Below, in pieces: positions 14,432 to 22,996 of a stretch of 32,890 bases of DNA. The first letter of the stretch is position 1. Each line of letters starts with the position of its first letter. Source of the stretch: Treponema sp. (GTDB lineage: Bacteria > Spirochaetota > Spirochaetia > Treponematales > Breznakiellaceae). The stretch spans positions 1 to 32,890 of the forward strand of contig JAIRYV010000022.1 in the NCBI GenBank assembly GCA_031267685.1. Reading direction: 5' to 3'. The notes below the pieces were generated by a model that did no database searches, was not told the DNA's origin, and was given only the letters and a program-made list of their open reading frames with translations. Both the position numbers and the translations under genes were made by a program.

Positions 14432-15277
14432 ATGTATTGGAAGTATCCAGAAACTGATTTAGAGCGTCATTTAAGCGCATTGCTGAACAGACGCATCCAG
14501 AGCTGTACGCATAAGTCCGCAGGCCCGGAGTTGGCGCGGCTTCACAGTGTGGAAGACTTTGTCGCCGAGCTTGAGCATGGCGGTGTTCAGCTTGAGGGGT
14601 TTACGACAACAAGGCGCGAGGAATGCTCGAACAGACTTCGGCCGAAGTCTGTTCACACCATCTACACCATAACCTGTGATGCGCTTCCTGCGTCTGAGTG
14701 TTTTGTGTGCATTGAGTGTGGGAGCGTTTCTGCAACGAAGTTGTCTTCTGAGACTGGCGAGTGTTACAGTTCTCCCGTGCAATTTTATGCGCGTCTATAT
14801 GACGCAATGATGTATTATGGTCAAACGATATATGATAATGATTTTGGTTTTGTGTTTAGGTTTCTGGAACGCTTTGAGGAGATTGCCTCTGAAGTGCCTC
14901 TTATCCGCGCAAAGTTCCAGAAGCAGCGGAAAATTAAAGAGCTTACGCAGGACAGTATTAAGGCGTGGTTTGTTCAGATTTGTGAGGAATTGGGTTGTCC
15001 CTATTTTATAGAAGTAAAGAGAGTGCAGAGCAAACTGTATGTGCGGCTTAATGAGAAAACACAGCTTGAGATAGTAGTTCCGCACGCTACCTTTCAGAAA
15101 GTGATGCCTGAACTGAGCGGTATTATTCAGACATATACTGCTCTGTTTGAAAGCACTAAGGCGCGTGTGCTTATGAGCAACGTTGCGCCTGGTAATTACT
15201 GGCGGGAACCCGGAAAAAAGCAGGATGAGGGCAAGTATGAAGATGACGATGATGAAGATGACGATGGTGAGGTCTGA
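14432..15277 (+). CDS. Hypothetical protein (281 aa from the ATG at 14432) with a Cys cluster (CFVCIEC...GEC) and a poly-acidic C-terminal tail (YEDDDDEDDDGEV). It is the first gene of an operon with the AAA+ and VWA genes.
   Basis: Long ORF followed tightly by the next gene (24-nt gap). No recognisable family. The 14342 start given in the track has no RBS, so the first in-frame ATG at 14432 (MYWKYPETDLERHL) is preferred. Confidence 0.6.
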   Translation: MYWKYPETDLERHLSALLNRRIQSCTHKSAGPELARLHSVEDFVAELEHGGVQLEGFTTTRREECSNRLRPKSVHTIYTITCDALPASECFVCIECGSVSATKLSSETGECYSSPVQFYARLYDAMMYYGQTIYDNDFGFVFRFLERFEEIASEVPLIRAKFQKQRKIKELTQDSIKAWFVQICEELGCPYFIEVKRVQSKLYVRLNEKTQLEIVVPHATFQKVMPELSGIIQTYTALFESTKARVLMSNVAPGNYWREPGKKQDEGKYEDDDDEDDDGEV

Positions 15278-15301
15278 AATGTACGGATATGTACGGGAAA
15301 A

Positions 15302-16381
15302 ATGGAGCGGCTTATGGGAGTAAATGTTAATGTCACTGAGTTATTACACGTTATAGAACTCACGCCATGTCATCAGAATATTATGCTGGTGGGAAAGCAT
15401 GGCATTGGCAAGTCGCGGATTATCGCGGACTTTTTTGAGAAACAGGGAAAGCCGGTGATAACGCTTTTTCTGGGACAGATGAGCGATCCTGGTGATATTA
15501 TTGGGCTTCCAGCGCTTGACGCTACAGTGGGAAAAACCGATTTTCGCCCGCCCTGGTGGTTTCCGCTTGATGGTAATCCTATTGTGTTGTTTCTCGACGA
15601 ATTGAACCGTGCTCGGCCTGAGATTCTGCAATGCGTGATGGACCTGACGCTTAACAAAATGCTTGCCGGGAAAAAACTGCCGGCGGGAAGCCAGATTATT
15701 TCCGCAGTGAATGAGGGTGAGGAATATCAGCTTACTGATCTTGATCCAGCGCTGGTGTCGCGTTTTAATGTGTATTATTTTGTTCCCTCGCCGGCGGAGT
15801 GGCTTTTGTGGGCAGAGCGAAATAATATCGACAAACGGGTTGTCGCCTTTATCGAGAAAAACAGTGACGTTCTTGACAGTGAGGCTTCGATTGACGCTGG
15901 TCTGAGCAAAACGCCTGATCGCCGCGCATGGGAGCGTGTCTCGCAGATTATCGCGCCGCTGGATCACATAGACCGGATTGTCGAGAAAATTATCGCTGGT
16001 GTGGTGGGGAATAGTGCGGCGCTCAAGTTCGCGCTATTTACGCGGGAAAACACGGGCCTGAACCCACTGTTGATTTTAACCCATTTTGAACAGAACAAGC
16101 AAAGGCTTGAAAACCTTGCTATTCACGAACTCACGCCTCTCAACGAGGGCTGTTTCCGCATGATAGAGCTTGAGCGGAATCAGAAAAAAGTGAAGGGATA
16201 TGTGAGTAACCTTGAGCACTATATCAAGTGGCTTATTGAAAACAAGCGGAATGAAGTGATTGCGCACTGGGCAACGCTGTACCAGTCTTCGGCCTATCCG
16301 CAGGCAAAGGTCGCTATACTCAGCAACTCGCCCTCTATTTTCCAGAGTATTGTGGGATTTATCAAGGATATTAAAATATAA
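15302..16381 (+). CDS. MoxR-like AAA+ ATPase (AAA_5-type)
   Basis: Walker A GKHGIGKS, Walker B IVLFLDELNRA, and arginine-finger region DPALVSRF. An alternative start at 15314 (MGVNVNV) has a better GGAG RBS. Confidence 0.85.
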   Translation: MERLMGVNVNVTELLHVIELTPCHQNIMLVGKHGIGKSRIIADFFEKQGKPVITLFLGQMSDPGDIIGLPALDATVGKTDFRPPWWFPLDGNPIVLFLDELNRARPEILQCVMDLTLNKMLAGKKLPAGSQIISAVNEGEEYQLTDLDPALVSRFNVYYFVPSPAEWLLWAERNNIDKRVVAFIEKNSDVLDSEASIDAGLSKTPDRRAWERVSQIIAPLDHIDRIVEKIIAGVVGNSAALKFALFTRENTGLNPLLILTHFEQNKQRLENLAIHELTPLNEGCFRMIELERNQKKVKGYVSNLEHYIKWLIENKRNEVIAHWATLYQSSAYPQAKVAILSNSPSIFQSIVGFIKDIKI

Positions 16382-16415
16382 CGGCAGCTTTGCTGCTAGT
16401 GCGAATTGGTAAAGC

Positions 16416-17768
16416 ATGGGGTTAAATATGGCTAAAAAGGCGCGGAAAACTATTTCAGCAGAGGAGCGTATACGGCTCGTGAGCGATGCGTGGTATATCA
16501 GGGAACCCGCGTTGTTTATGGTATTTACGTCGCACATATTCACCGCAAATCCATTGATTCGGGGCATACGAACTGGGCATGGCCACGTTGAGTATAACCC
16601 GGCGTATCTGGCCGCGTTAAGCGCGAAGGAAGCTGAGGAAGCACTGAAAGCCGAAATGATCCGCATACTCTTGCGCCACCCTTATCGCTGGCCACCGCGC
16701 AGCGCGGAAGTTTCATACATAGCAAGCAATATCACCCTGAACGAATATTACCGTTTCAGTTCTTTACCCCATCGCGTTTCTGATTTCTGGGATGATCCTG
16801 AATATACAAAGCGGAACTTCGAGTTTTATTACCGTGAATATCTTGAACTGGCGCAGCAACAGGCGGGAACCATGGGCGATGAGCAGGGCAATGGCAAAAA
16901 TCAGCGTGCGCAAAACAATAATAGCCAGGCGCCCGGCAGCGCGGGAAACAGTGGCGGCGAAAACAGTGATAGCGGCGACGGCGCGGGAAACAGTGGCGGT
17001 AACAGTAGTGCGAAAAACAGTGGCGACGGTGCGGGAAATAACGGCGACAGTACGGAAAACAACGGCAACGAGACACGCGCCCATAACGCGGAAAACGCGG
17101 CGCTTTGGACGAACGACGATTTTATGGACATGAAAGTGCGTGAAGTCATTGAATTTACCCAGCAGAATATGCTGTCATGGGGAACTATACCTGGGGAACT
17201 TGCGCAAAGCATACTCGCCACACTCAAGCCAATACTCGACTACCGCAAAGTTCTGAGTGGCTTTCGCGCTACTGTGCTGTCAAGCAACATGACGCTCACC
17301 CGCTTTCGTCCCAGCCGCCGCTATGGTTTTGTCTACATGGGTAAAAAAAGCCGCTTCACTACGCGCCTCTTAATCGGCGTTGATGTGAGTAGTTCCATCA
17401 GCGATAAAGAAATAAACCTGTTTTATTCAACGGTCAACCATTTTTTCAAATATGGCATAGAAGAAACCGACGTTCTGCAATTTGACGCTGACTTACAGGG
17501 TGAGCCGCTCCTCATAAAAAAAGCGCGAAAGGAAATTCTGGTAAAAGGTCGGGGCGGAACCTGTTTTCAGCCCATCATTGATTATTTTGCGGCAAACCGG
17601 AATACCTACAACGGCCTTATCATCTTCACTGATGGTTACGCGCACCAGCCCACTATATCGCTGCGGGACACGTACAAAGTTCTTTGGATATGCAGCAATA
17701 AACAAAGCTACGAAGCGCATCAGAACTGGATGAGTAAGCAAGGGCGCTGTTGCTGGATACAGGCGTGA
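16416..17768 (+). CDS. VWA-domain protein of the COG3864/DUF2201 type: an N-terminal peptidase-like region plus a C-terminal VWA domain, separated by a Gly/Asn/Ser-rich low-complexity insert
   Basis: MIDAS-like motif LLIGVDVSSSIS and later IIFTDGYAHQP. The N-region (GHGHVEYNPAYLAAL...MIRILLRHPYRW) resembles the DUF2201_N family, but no HExxH is evident. The gene is 34 nt downstream of the AAA+ gene. Confidence 0.8.
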   Translation: MGLNMAKKARKTISAEERIRLVSDAWYIREPALFMVFTSHIFTANPLIRGIRTGHGHVEYNPAYLAALSAKEAEEALKAEMIRILLRHPYRWPPRSAEVSYIASNITLNEYYRFSSLPHRVSDFWDDPEYTKRNFEFYYREYLELAQQQAGTMGDEQGNGKNQRAQNNNSQAPGSAGNSGGENSDSGDGAGNSGGNSSAKNSGDGAGNNGDSTENNGNETRAHNAENAALWTNDDFMDMKVREVIEFTQQNMLSWGTIPGELAQSILATLKPILDYRKVLSGFRATVLSSNMTLTRFRPSRRYGFVYMGKKSRFTTRLLIGVDVSSSISDKEINLFYSTVNHFFKYGIEETDVLQFDADLQGEPLLIKKARKEILVKGRGGTCFQPIIDYFAANRNTYNGLIIFTDGYAHQPTISLRDTYKVLWICSNKQSYEAHQNWMSKQGRCCWIQA

Positions 17769-17800
17769 TAGTCGCGGGGCGATTTGGTTTATTCATACAC

Positions 17801-17830
17801 TTGACCTATTTGAAAAAGAAATGCTAGACT
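17801..17830 (+). promoter_or_regulatory. Putative promoter: TTGACC (17801-17806), an 18-nt spacer, then TAGACT (17825-17830), upstream of the ABC binding-protein gene. A GGGAGAG RBS lies at 17848-17854.
   Basis: Hexamer matches and a position 29 nt upstream of the start codon. Confidence 0.35.
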
Positions 17831-17858
17831 TCTCTCAGATTTTTATAGGGAGAGTATA

Positions 17859-19241
17859 ATGAAAAGAATCGTGATTATGACGCTGGTTATGACCCTTGCC
17901 GCGTCAGTCAGCTTTGCGGCAGGCAGCAGGCAGCAAGCCCGGCCATCCGACGGCCCTCAGCCTGTTACCCTCAAGTGGGTGGGTTTTGGGTTCGAGGCGA
18001 ATAGGACTGCGGCGAACCTTATCGAGCGTTACAAGCAGGTAGCTCCGAATGTTACCATCGACTATCAGGAACTGGGTTCAGTCGCTGATATCGATGGCCT
18101 TGCGCGGCTGGACACGCTCATCGCGGGCGGGCAGCAGATTGACCTGGTGTATCTGACCACCAGCGACCTCATGCGGCGGGCAGTCAATGGCGCGGCGCTG
18201 CCACTCAACGACGCTATCGCGGCTAACGGCGACAACTTCGAGGCTGACTATGGCAAGCTCGGAGCAAACGCCACTGCCTTTCAGGGCAATATCTATGGCG
18301 TACCCCGCGCTGGTAACACCTTCAAAGTCTTCTATAATAAAACCCTTGCCGATGCTCATGGCATTAGTGTCCCAGACCAGATGACAATGGCAGAGTTTCT
18401 TGCGGTAACCAAGCAATTCGCGGCAGTACCCGGCCTGAAGTATCCAGCCAGTATTCAGGCGCTCTGGGTACAGATCACCTACGGCGCGGCGTCGATTGCT
18501 GGTTGGCAGATGGTGAAGAAGGACGCCTCCGGGCGCATAGTAACAAACTTCGACGACCAACGCTTCCGCGACAGTCTCCAGTTCTACCACGACTTCGCCC
18601 GCGTGGAACACCTCGCCCCTGACGCCGCGACCTATGCTGCCGAAAGCCTGAATCGCCGTCGTGCGCTGGCCCTGGGCGAAACCGGCCTCATCCTCGACGG
18701 CCCCTTTGCACTGATCTGGTTACAGGGCTTCCAGTTCAATGACCCAGGCGAAGGCAAGCTGGACTTTGAGATCGGCGTCTCAGAACTACCCGTCTTAACC
18801 GAAGCTGACAAGACAAAGTCCTCCTACAACGAGCTTGCCGGCGCGTTCTATGCCCCCAGCACTTGCAAGAATCTGCTTGAGGCATATCGCTTCATGCGCT
18901 TTGTCTGTAACGACAACTTCGACATCAACGGCACGTATATGCCGGTGTACTCTGGCGCAAACCTCGAAACTGCGGTCAGCACTTTCACTCGTTTCACCGA
19001 TTCCAAGGGCAACCTGCACACCGACATCTACCCGGTAGAGTCCACCATCAAAGCTGTTACGGTTCCGAATGATTCGTTCCTCGGCGTGTTTCCAGTAGAC
19101 CCATCGCTCATCAACTATGTGCCGTCACTGGACGCCCTGCTTGAGGAGCAGCTCACGCTCTATCTCAACGATGAAATGACGCTTGACGCCTTCATCGCGG
19201 ATATCACAAAGCGTGGCCAAGAGATTTTAGATAACCTGTAG
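17859..19241 (+). CDS. ABC transporter periplasmic solute-binding protein (family 1, carbohydrate-type)
   Basis: 460 aa. Signal peptide MKRIVIMTLVMTLAASVSFAAGS. Typical sugar-binding-protein length. Followed by two permease genes. Confidence 0.85.
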   Translation: MKRIVIMTLVMTLAASVSFAAGSRQQARPSDGPQPVTLKWVGFGFEANRTAANLIERYKQVAPNVTIDYQELGSVADIDGLARLDTLIAGGQQIDLVYLTTSDLMRRAVNGAALPLNDAIAANGDNFEADYGKLGANATAFQGNIYGVPRAGNTFKVFYNKTLADAHGISVPDQMTMAEFLAVTKQFAAVPGLKYPASIQALWVQITYGAASIAGWQMVKKDASGRIVTNFDDQRFRDSLQFYHDFARVEHLAPDAATYAAESLNRRRALALGETGLILDGPFALIWLQGFQFNDPGEGKLDFEIGVSELPVLTEADKTKSSYNELAGAFYAPSTCKNLLEAYRFMRFVCNDNFDINGTYMPVYSGANLETAVSTFTRFTDSKGNLHTDIYPVESTIKAVTVPNDSFLGVFPVDPSLINYVPSLDALLEEQLTLYLNDEMTLDAFIADITKRGQEILDNL

Positions 19242-19291
19242 TTAGTAGTAGGGTAAGGGCGCTCATCACTCTTACCCCAACACTAAACACT

Positions 19292-20233
19292 ATGACACAG
19301 CGCTCGAAAGCCCGCCTCATTGAAAACTTCTGGGGCTACCTTTTTATACTACCGAATCTTATCGGTTTTCTCGTGTTCACCCTTGGCGGCGTGGTCTTCT
19401 CAGTAGGCATGAGCTTCACTGACTGGAACCTGCTGCGCGGTGTTGACAAGGCGAAGTTCATCGGGCTTGCAAACTATACGCGGCTATTTGCGGCGTCGGA
19501 TTTCTGGATATCGCTGCGGAACAACCTCTTTTTACTGCTGGCGATTCCAATCTCCATCATGCTGAGTGTGGTCATCGCGGCACTCTTACACCAGAAACCC
19601 ACGCACCGCCACGGTTATGCCCAGAAACTGAGCAACTGGGGACGCACCGGTATGCGAGCGCTCTATTTCCTTCCATACATTACGAATGTTGTGGCGGTAA
19701 GTACAGTGTGGCGGGCGCTGTTTCACCCCAGCGAAGGCCCAATCAATATGTTCCTCAAGTGGCTGGGCGTTCCGGGCGACAGTCTACCCGGCTGGCTGTC
19801 GTCGTCGAAGTGGTTCCTGCCAGCAATCATGATCATCGTGATATGGCAGAACCTCGGCTACTATATCCTGATGTACTCCGCGGGCTTGCAGAGTATCTCC
19901 CGCGACTACTATGAAGCTGTGGCAGTGGATGGCGGCAATGCCTATCACAAGTTCCGCTACATCACCATACCCCTGCTTGCGCCAACCACCTTTGTTGTCA
20001 GTGTGCTGGGCGTAATCTCCAGCCTCCAGATGTGGCTCATCGTACAGACCCTCACGCCAAACTCACGCGGCTTTGGCACAGCCTCGTACACCCTGTCGTA
20101 CTACATCTACCGTTCATCGTTCATTGATTACCGAAGCGGCTATGCGGCTGCGCTATCGCTGATCCTCTGCGCAATCACCCTTATCATCACTCTGATTCAG
20201 TGGACAGGGCAGAAAAAGTGGGATTATACATGA
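19292..20233 (+). CDS. ABC transporter permease, MalF/UgpA-like
   Basis: 313 aa, about 6 TM helices, and an EAA-like loop (YEAVAVDGGNAYHKFRYITIPLLAP). Confidence 0.85.
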   Translation: MTQRSKARLIENFWGYLFILPNLIGFLVFTLGGVVFSVGMSFTDWNLLRGVDKAKFIGLANYTRLFAASDFWISLRNNLFLLLAIPISIMLSVVIAALLHQKPTHRHGYAQKLSNWGRTGMRALYFLPYITNVVAVSTVWRALFHPSEGPINMFLKWLGVPGDSLPGWLSSSKWFLPAIMIIVIWQNLGYYILMYSAGLQSISRDYYEAVAVDGGNAYHKFRYITIPLLAPTTFVVSVLGVISSLQMWLIVQTLTPNSRGFGTASYTLSYYIYRSSFIDYRSGYAAALSLILCAITLIITLIQWTGQKKWDYT

Positions 20234-21072
20234 CATTTAAGCGAATCAGGACACACACACTCAACATTATGGTCTCGGCGCTGATATGGGGCGGGGGCAT
20301 ACTGTGTATATTCCCCTTCCTATGGATGATTTCCACCTCCTTTAAGGGTGTCAACGACGTTTACACCTTCCCGATTGAGTGGATTCCCTCGCGCCCCACC
20401 ATAGCCGCCTATACAAAACTCTTTGCCGGCGACTTTTCGTTCATCACCTTTTACCAGAACTCGGTGTTTGTGAGCGCAATGGCGCTGCTCGGTACATTCT
20501 TTTCCTGCACTCTCGCCGGTTATGCCTACGCCAAAATCAACTTCGCCGGACGCGACAAGCTCTTTTTGGTAAAGCTATCCACCACCATGATTCCCGGCAT
20601 GGTAACCATGTTACCGACCTTTGTTATCTACCGTACTCTCGGTCTGGTGAATAGCCTCACGGCGCTGTGGCTGCCCTTGTTTTTTGGTGGCGCGTTTGGC
20701 GTGATGCTCATGCGGCAGGCAATGATTGCCGTGCCAAACGAGCTGATGGAGTCAGCCAAGATAGATGGCGCCAGCCACCCGGCAATCTATTGGCACATCA
20801 TGCTCCCCTGTGTGAAGCCGTCCATAGCGACACTCCTGTTTATGTACTTTTTGTGGACATGGAACGATTACGAGCGCCCACTCCTGTATATCCAGAGCCG
20901 CGCCCTCTTCACCCTGCCCTTTGCCGTGAAGTATTTTTCAAACGAGCAGGCATCGAATGTGCCGGCGATCATGGCGGCCAATGTCGTAAGTATCTGTGTT
21001 ATCATTGTGCTATTCTTCTTCTGTCAAAAATACTTTGTACAGAGTGTAGTCAATTCAGGGATAAAAGGATGA
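20230..21072 (+). CDS. ABC transporter permease, MalG/UgpE-like
   Basis: The ATG at 20230 overlaps the upstream stop as ATGA. EAA motif ESAKIDGASHPAIYWHIMLP. The track's 20200 start is an upstream extension. Confidence 0.85.
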   Translation: MTFKRIRTHTLNIMVSALIWGGGILCIFPFLWMISTSFKGVNDVYTFPIEWIPSRPTIAAYTKLFAGDFSFITFYQNSVFVSAMALLGTFFSCTLAGYAYAKINFAGRDKLFLVKLSTTMIPGMVTMLPTFVIYRTLGLVNSLTALWLPLFFGGAFGVMLMRQAMIAVPNELMESAKIDGASHPAIYWHIMLPCVKPSIATLLFMYFLWTWNDYERPLLYIQSRALFTLPFAVKYFSNEQASNVPAIMAANVVSICVIIVLFFFCQKYFVQSVVNSGIKG

Positions 21073-21164
21073 AACGTCTGACTTCACCACTGTTTGTGCT
21101 TAAATCTGGCCAACTAGACCCATTGTACTGTCTGCTGATATGTTTATATCAAAGAGGTATCATT

Positions 21165-22103
21165 ATGCGGAGATTTATCATCGGTTTGCTTGCGGCGTTC
21201 TGTTTATCGGCTGCTGGCTGTGTTTCATCTGGCAAGGCAGCACCCGAACTTCACTACCAGCTGTATAAGGATGTAAGCTACGGTCCTCATGAGCGGAATC
21301 TGATAGACATCTCAATACCCGTCGAGGCGGCAGCGTCCCAAGGGGTGATTCTCTTTATTCACGGCGGAATATGGATGTATGGTGGTAAGGAAAACTACCC
21401 AGTTTTCCTTGATGGTTTTCGGGACAGGTTCACCGTCGCGTCCATGAGCCATCGCTATATTGATGAAACTACCCACATAACCGATCTGATGGACGATGTA
21501 AGCGCTGCCGTGTCCTTTCTGCGGGACTTTTCCACGCAAAACAACGCGAACCCGGGAAAACTGATCATCATGGGACATTCCTCCGGCGCACACCTTGCAA
21601 TGCTCTATGCCTACCAACAGTATGAGACAAGTTCCATACCAATAGCGTTGTGTGTAAGCATGGCAGGCCCGTCAGACTTAGGCGACATCGCCTTTCTCTA
21701 TAACTTCAAAAAGATGGGCGGGGAAAAGTTTTTCTACCAGTTGGCTGAAAAGTTGAGCGGCTATCACGTTGTAGACGGCGATGTTACCAGCGAGGGGTAC
21801 AGCGAATCCGGCAGGGAAATGCTGGCAGCCATTTCTCCCCTCTCTTTCGTAAGCCCCGACAGTCCGCCGACCATTATCGTACACGATGCCGCAGATACGC
21901 TGGTTCCCTACGCGAACTCGGCAGCCCTGCACACTGCACTCAAGGTGTATGGCGTTGACCATTACTTTATGGCTTCCTACTCTGGCATCGGCCATGTGCT
22001 TGGCGCCAAATCAACTAAGGAAAAAGCATTACGCTACGACGCGGCTCTGGAGTCATGGTTAGTCCGCATAATGAACGAGTATATAGAAAAGATGAAGGGA
22101 TAA
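21165..22103 (+). CDS. Alpha/beta-hydrolase esterase or lipase (HGGG and GxSxG type), predicted lipoprotein
   Basis: Start MRRFIIGLLAAFCLSAAGC, a lipobox-like signal, with an AAGAGG RBS. Oxyanion motif HGGIWMYGG. Nucleophile motif GHSSGAHLA. The track ORF 20667..22103 is a spurious 5' extension overlapping the permease gene. Confidence 0.8.
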   Translation: MRRFIIGLLAAFCLSAAGCVSSGKAAPELHYQLYKDVSYGPHERNLIDISIPVEAAASQGVILFIHGGIWMYGGKENYPVFLDGFRDRFTVASMSHRYIDETTHITDLMDDVSAAVSFLRDFSTQNNANPGKLIIMGHSSGAHLAMLYAYQQYETSSIPIALCVSMAGPSDLGDIAFLYNFKKMGGEKFFYQLAEKLSGYHVVDGDVTSEGYSESGREMLAAISPLSFVSPDSPPTIIVHDAADTLVPYANSAALHTALKVYGVDHYFMASYSGIGHVLGAKSTKEKALRYDAALESWLVRIMNEYIEKMKG

Positions 22104-22191
22104 AATGTCTGATGTCGCCATTGCTTATCGAGAAGCGCCGCGCACAGCTCTGTAAAGAACGGCGCACGGCATCACTGTTTTGATAAAACCA

Positions 22192-22605
22192 TTAAGTCGT
22201 CGGTGTTTCAGGTGTTTCAGGTGTTTCTGCAGGTATCTCAAAAGTTATATCTTCAAGACTGCGTTTAAGCTCAGGAGACGGCAAAAATAACATCTTTACA
22301 CCCTTTACATACCGGGCGTTTAGTTCTTTTGCCGTTGCCGCTCCTTCGCTGGAAACCGAAATACGGAACGTACCGAAACCCTCAAGGTTCACCGTCTGCC
22401 CCAGCTTGAGGAAAACGGGTAACACTTCTACTAAATTGGAGAGAACGCTCTGCACGTCCCCTGGCGAAAGTGCCGACCGCCCCTCAATTTCCCTTGAGAT
22501 GTCCTTCATCCCTACGCTTCCCGATTTTTCCTGCGTCAGATACCATTTTTCCTGCGTTTCACTCAGAGGATTCCTTCTCTGGATTTTTTTGAGCCAAAGC
22601 GCCAT
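22192..22605 (-). CDS. HU/IHF-like DNA-binding protein (divergent HU family)
   Basis: The central segment SALSPGDVQSVLSNLVEVLPVFLKLGQTVNLEGFGTFRISV matches the HU fold pattern (helix, then the GFGTF arm). The start is uncertain: the ATG at 22605 (MALWLKK) is preferred over the track's 22668. Confidence 0.6.
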   Translation of the reverse strand: MALWLKKIQRRNPLSETQEKWYLTQEKSGSVGMKDISREIEGRSALSPGDVQSVLSNLVEVLPVFLKLGQTVNLEGFGTFRISVSSEGAATAKELNARYVKGVKMLFLPSPELKRSLEDITFEIPAETPETPETPTT

Positions 22606-22722
22606 ATACGCCTCCTCTATATAAAATATGCATACACTATAATATACTATATTAAAAATAGCAAGCACTTTTATTACTGAAAGTTAGAATGAATCGCCTC
22701 AGAGACACACCTAACTTGCCTT

Positions 22723-22970
22723 AGAGAGTTGTACATCTCAAATCAGAGAGTTGTACATCTCAAACCAGAGAGTTGTACATCTCAAATCAGAGAGTTGTAC
22801 ATCTCAAACCAGAGAGTTGTACATCTCAAATCAGAGAGTTGTACATCTCAAATCAGAGAGTTGTACATCTCAAACCAGAGAGTTGTACATCTCAAACCAG
22901 AGAGTTGTACATCTCAAATCAGAGAGTTGTACATCTCAAATCAGAGAGTTGTACATCTCAAACCAGAGAG
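22723..22970. repeat. Tandem direct-repeat array 3: 11 copies of the 22-bp unit agagagttgtacatctcaaa(t/c)c. The unit contains the near-palindrome gagTtgtacaTctc.
   Basis: Read directly. The only variation is t/c at one position. The array lies in the 5' region of the HU-like gene. The three ORF-track ORFs here are frame artefacts. Confidence 0.95.
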
Positions 22971-22996
22971 ATGCGGGAGTCTATACCTCGTATTCC

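Noticed and set aside
15344-16666. Minus-strand ORFs (207 aa and 196 aa) inside the AAA+ and VWA genes
   Set aside because: They are antisense to genes with Walker and MIDAS motifs and have no independent support.
20667-21164. 5' extension of the esterase ORF to 20667 (478-aa version)
   Set aside because: It overlaps the MalG-like permease in another frame. An internal ATG with an RBS and a lipoprotein signal at 21165 is the obvious start.
22104-22191. Intrinsic terminator between the convergent esterase and HU-like genes
   Set aside because: There is only a weak 6-bp stem (gcgccg / cggcgc) with a 20-nt loop and no U-tract. It is not convincing.
22723-22970. CRISPR array (regular 22-bp repeats)
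   Set aside because: The copies are strictly contiguous with no spacers. The unit is the repeat and there is no cas gene. This is a tandem satellite, not CRISPR.
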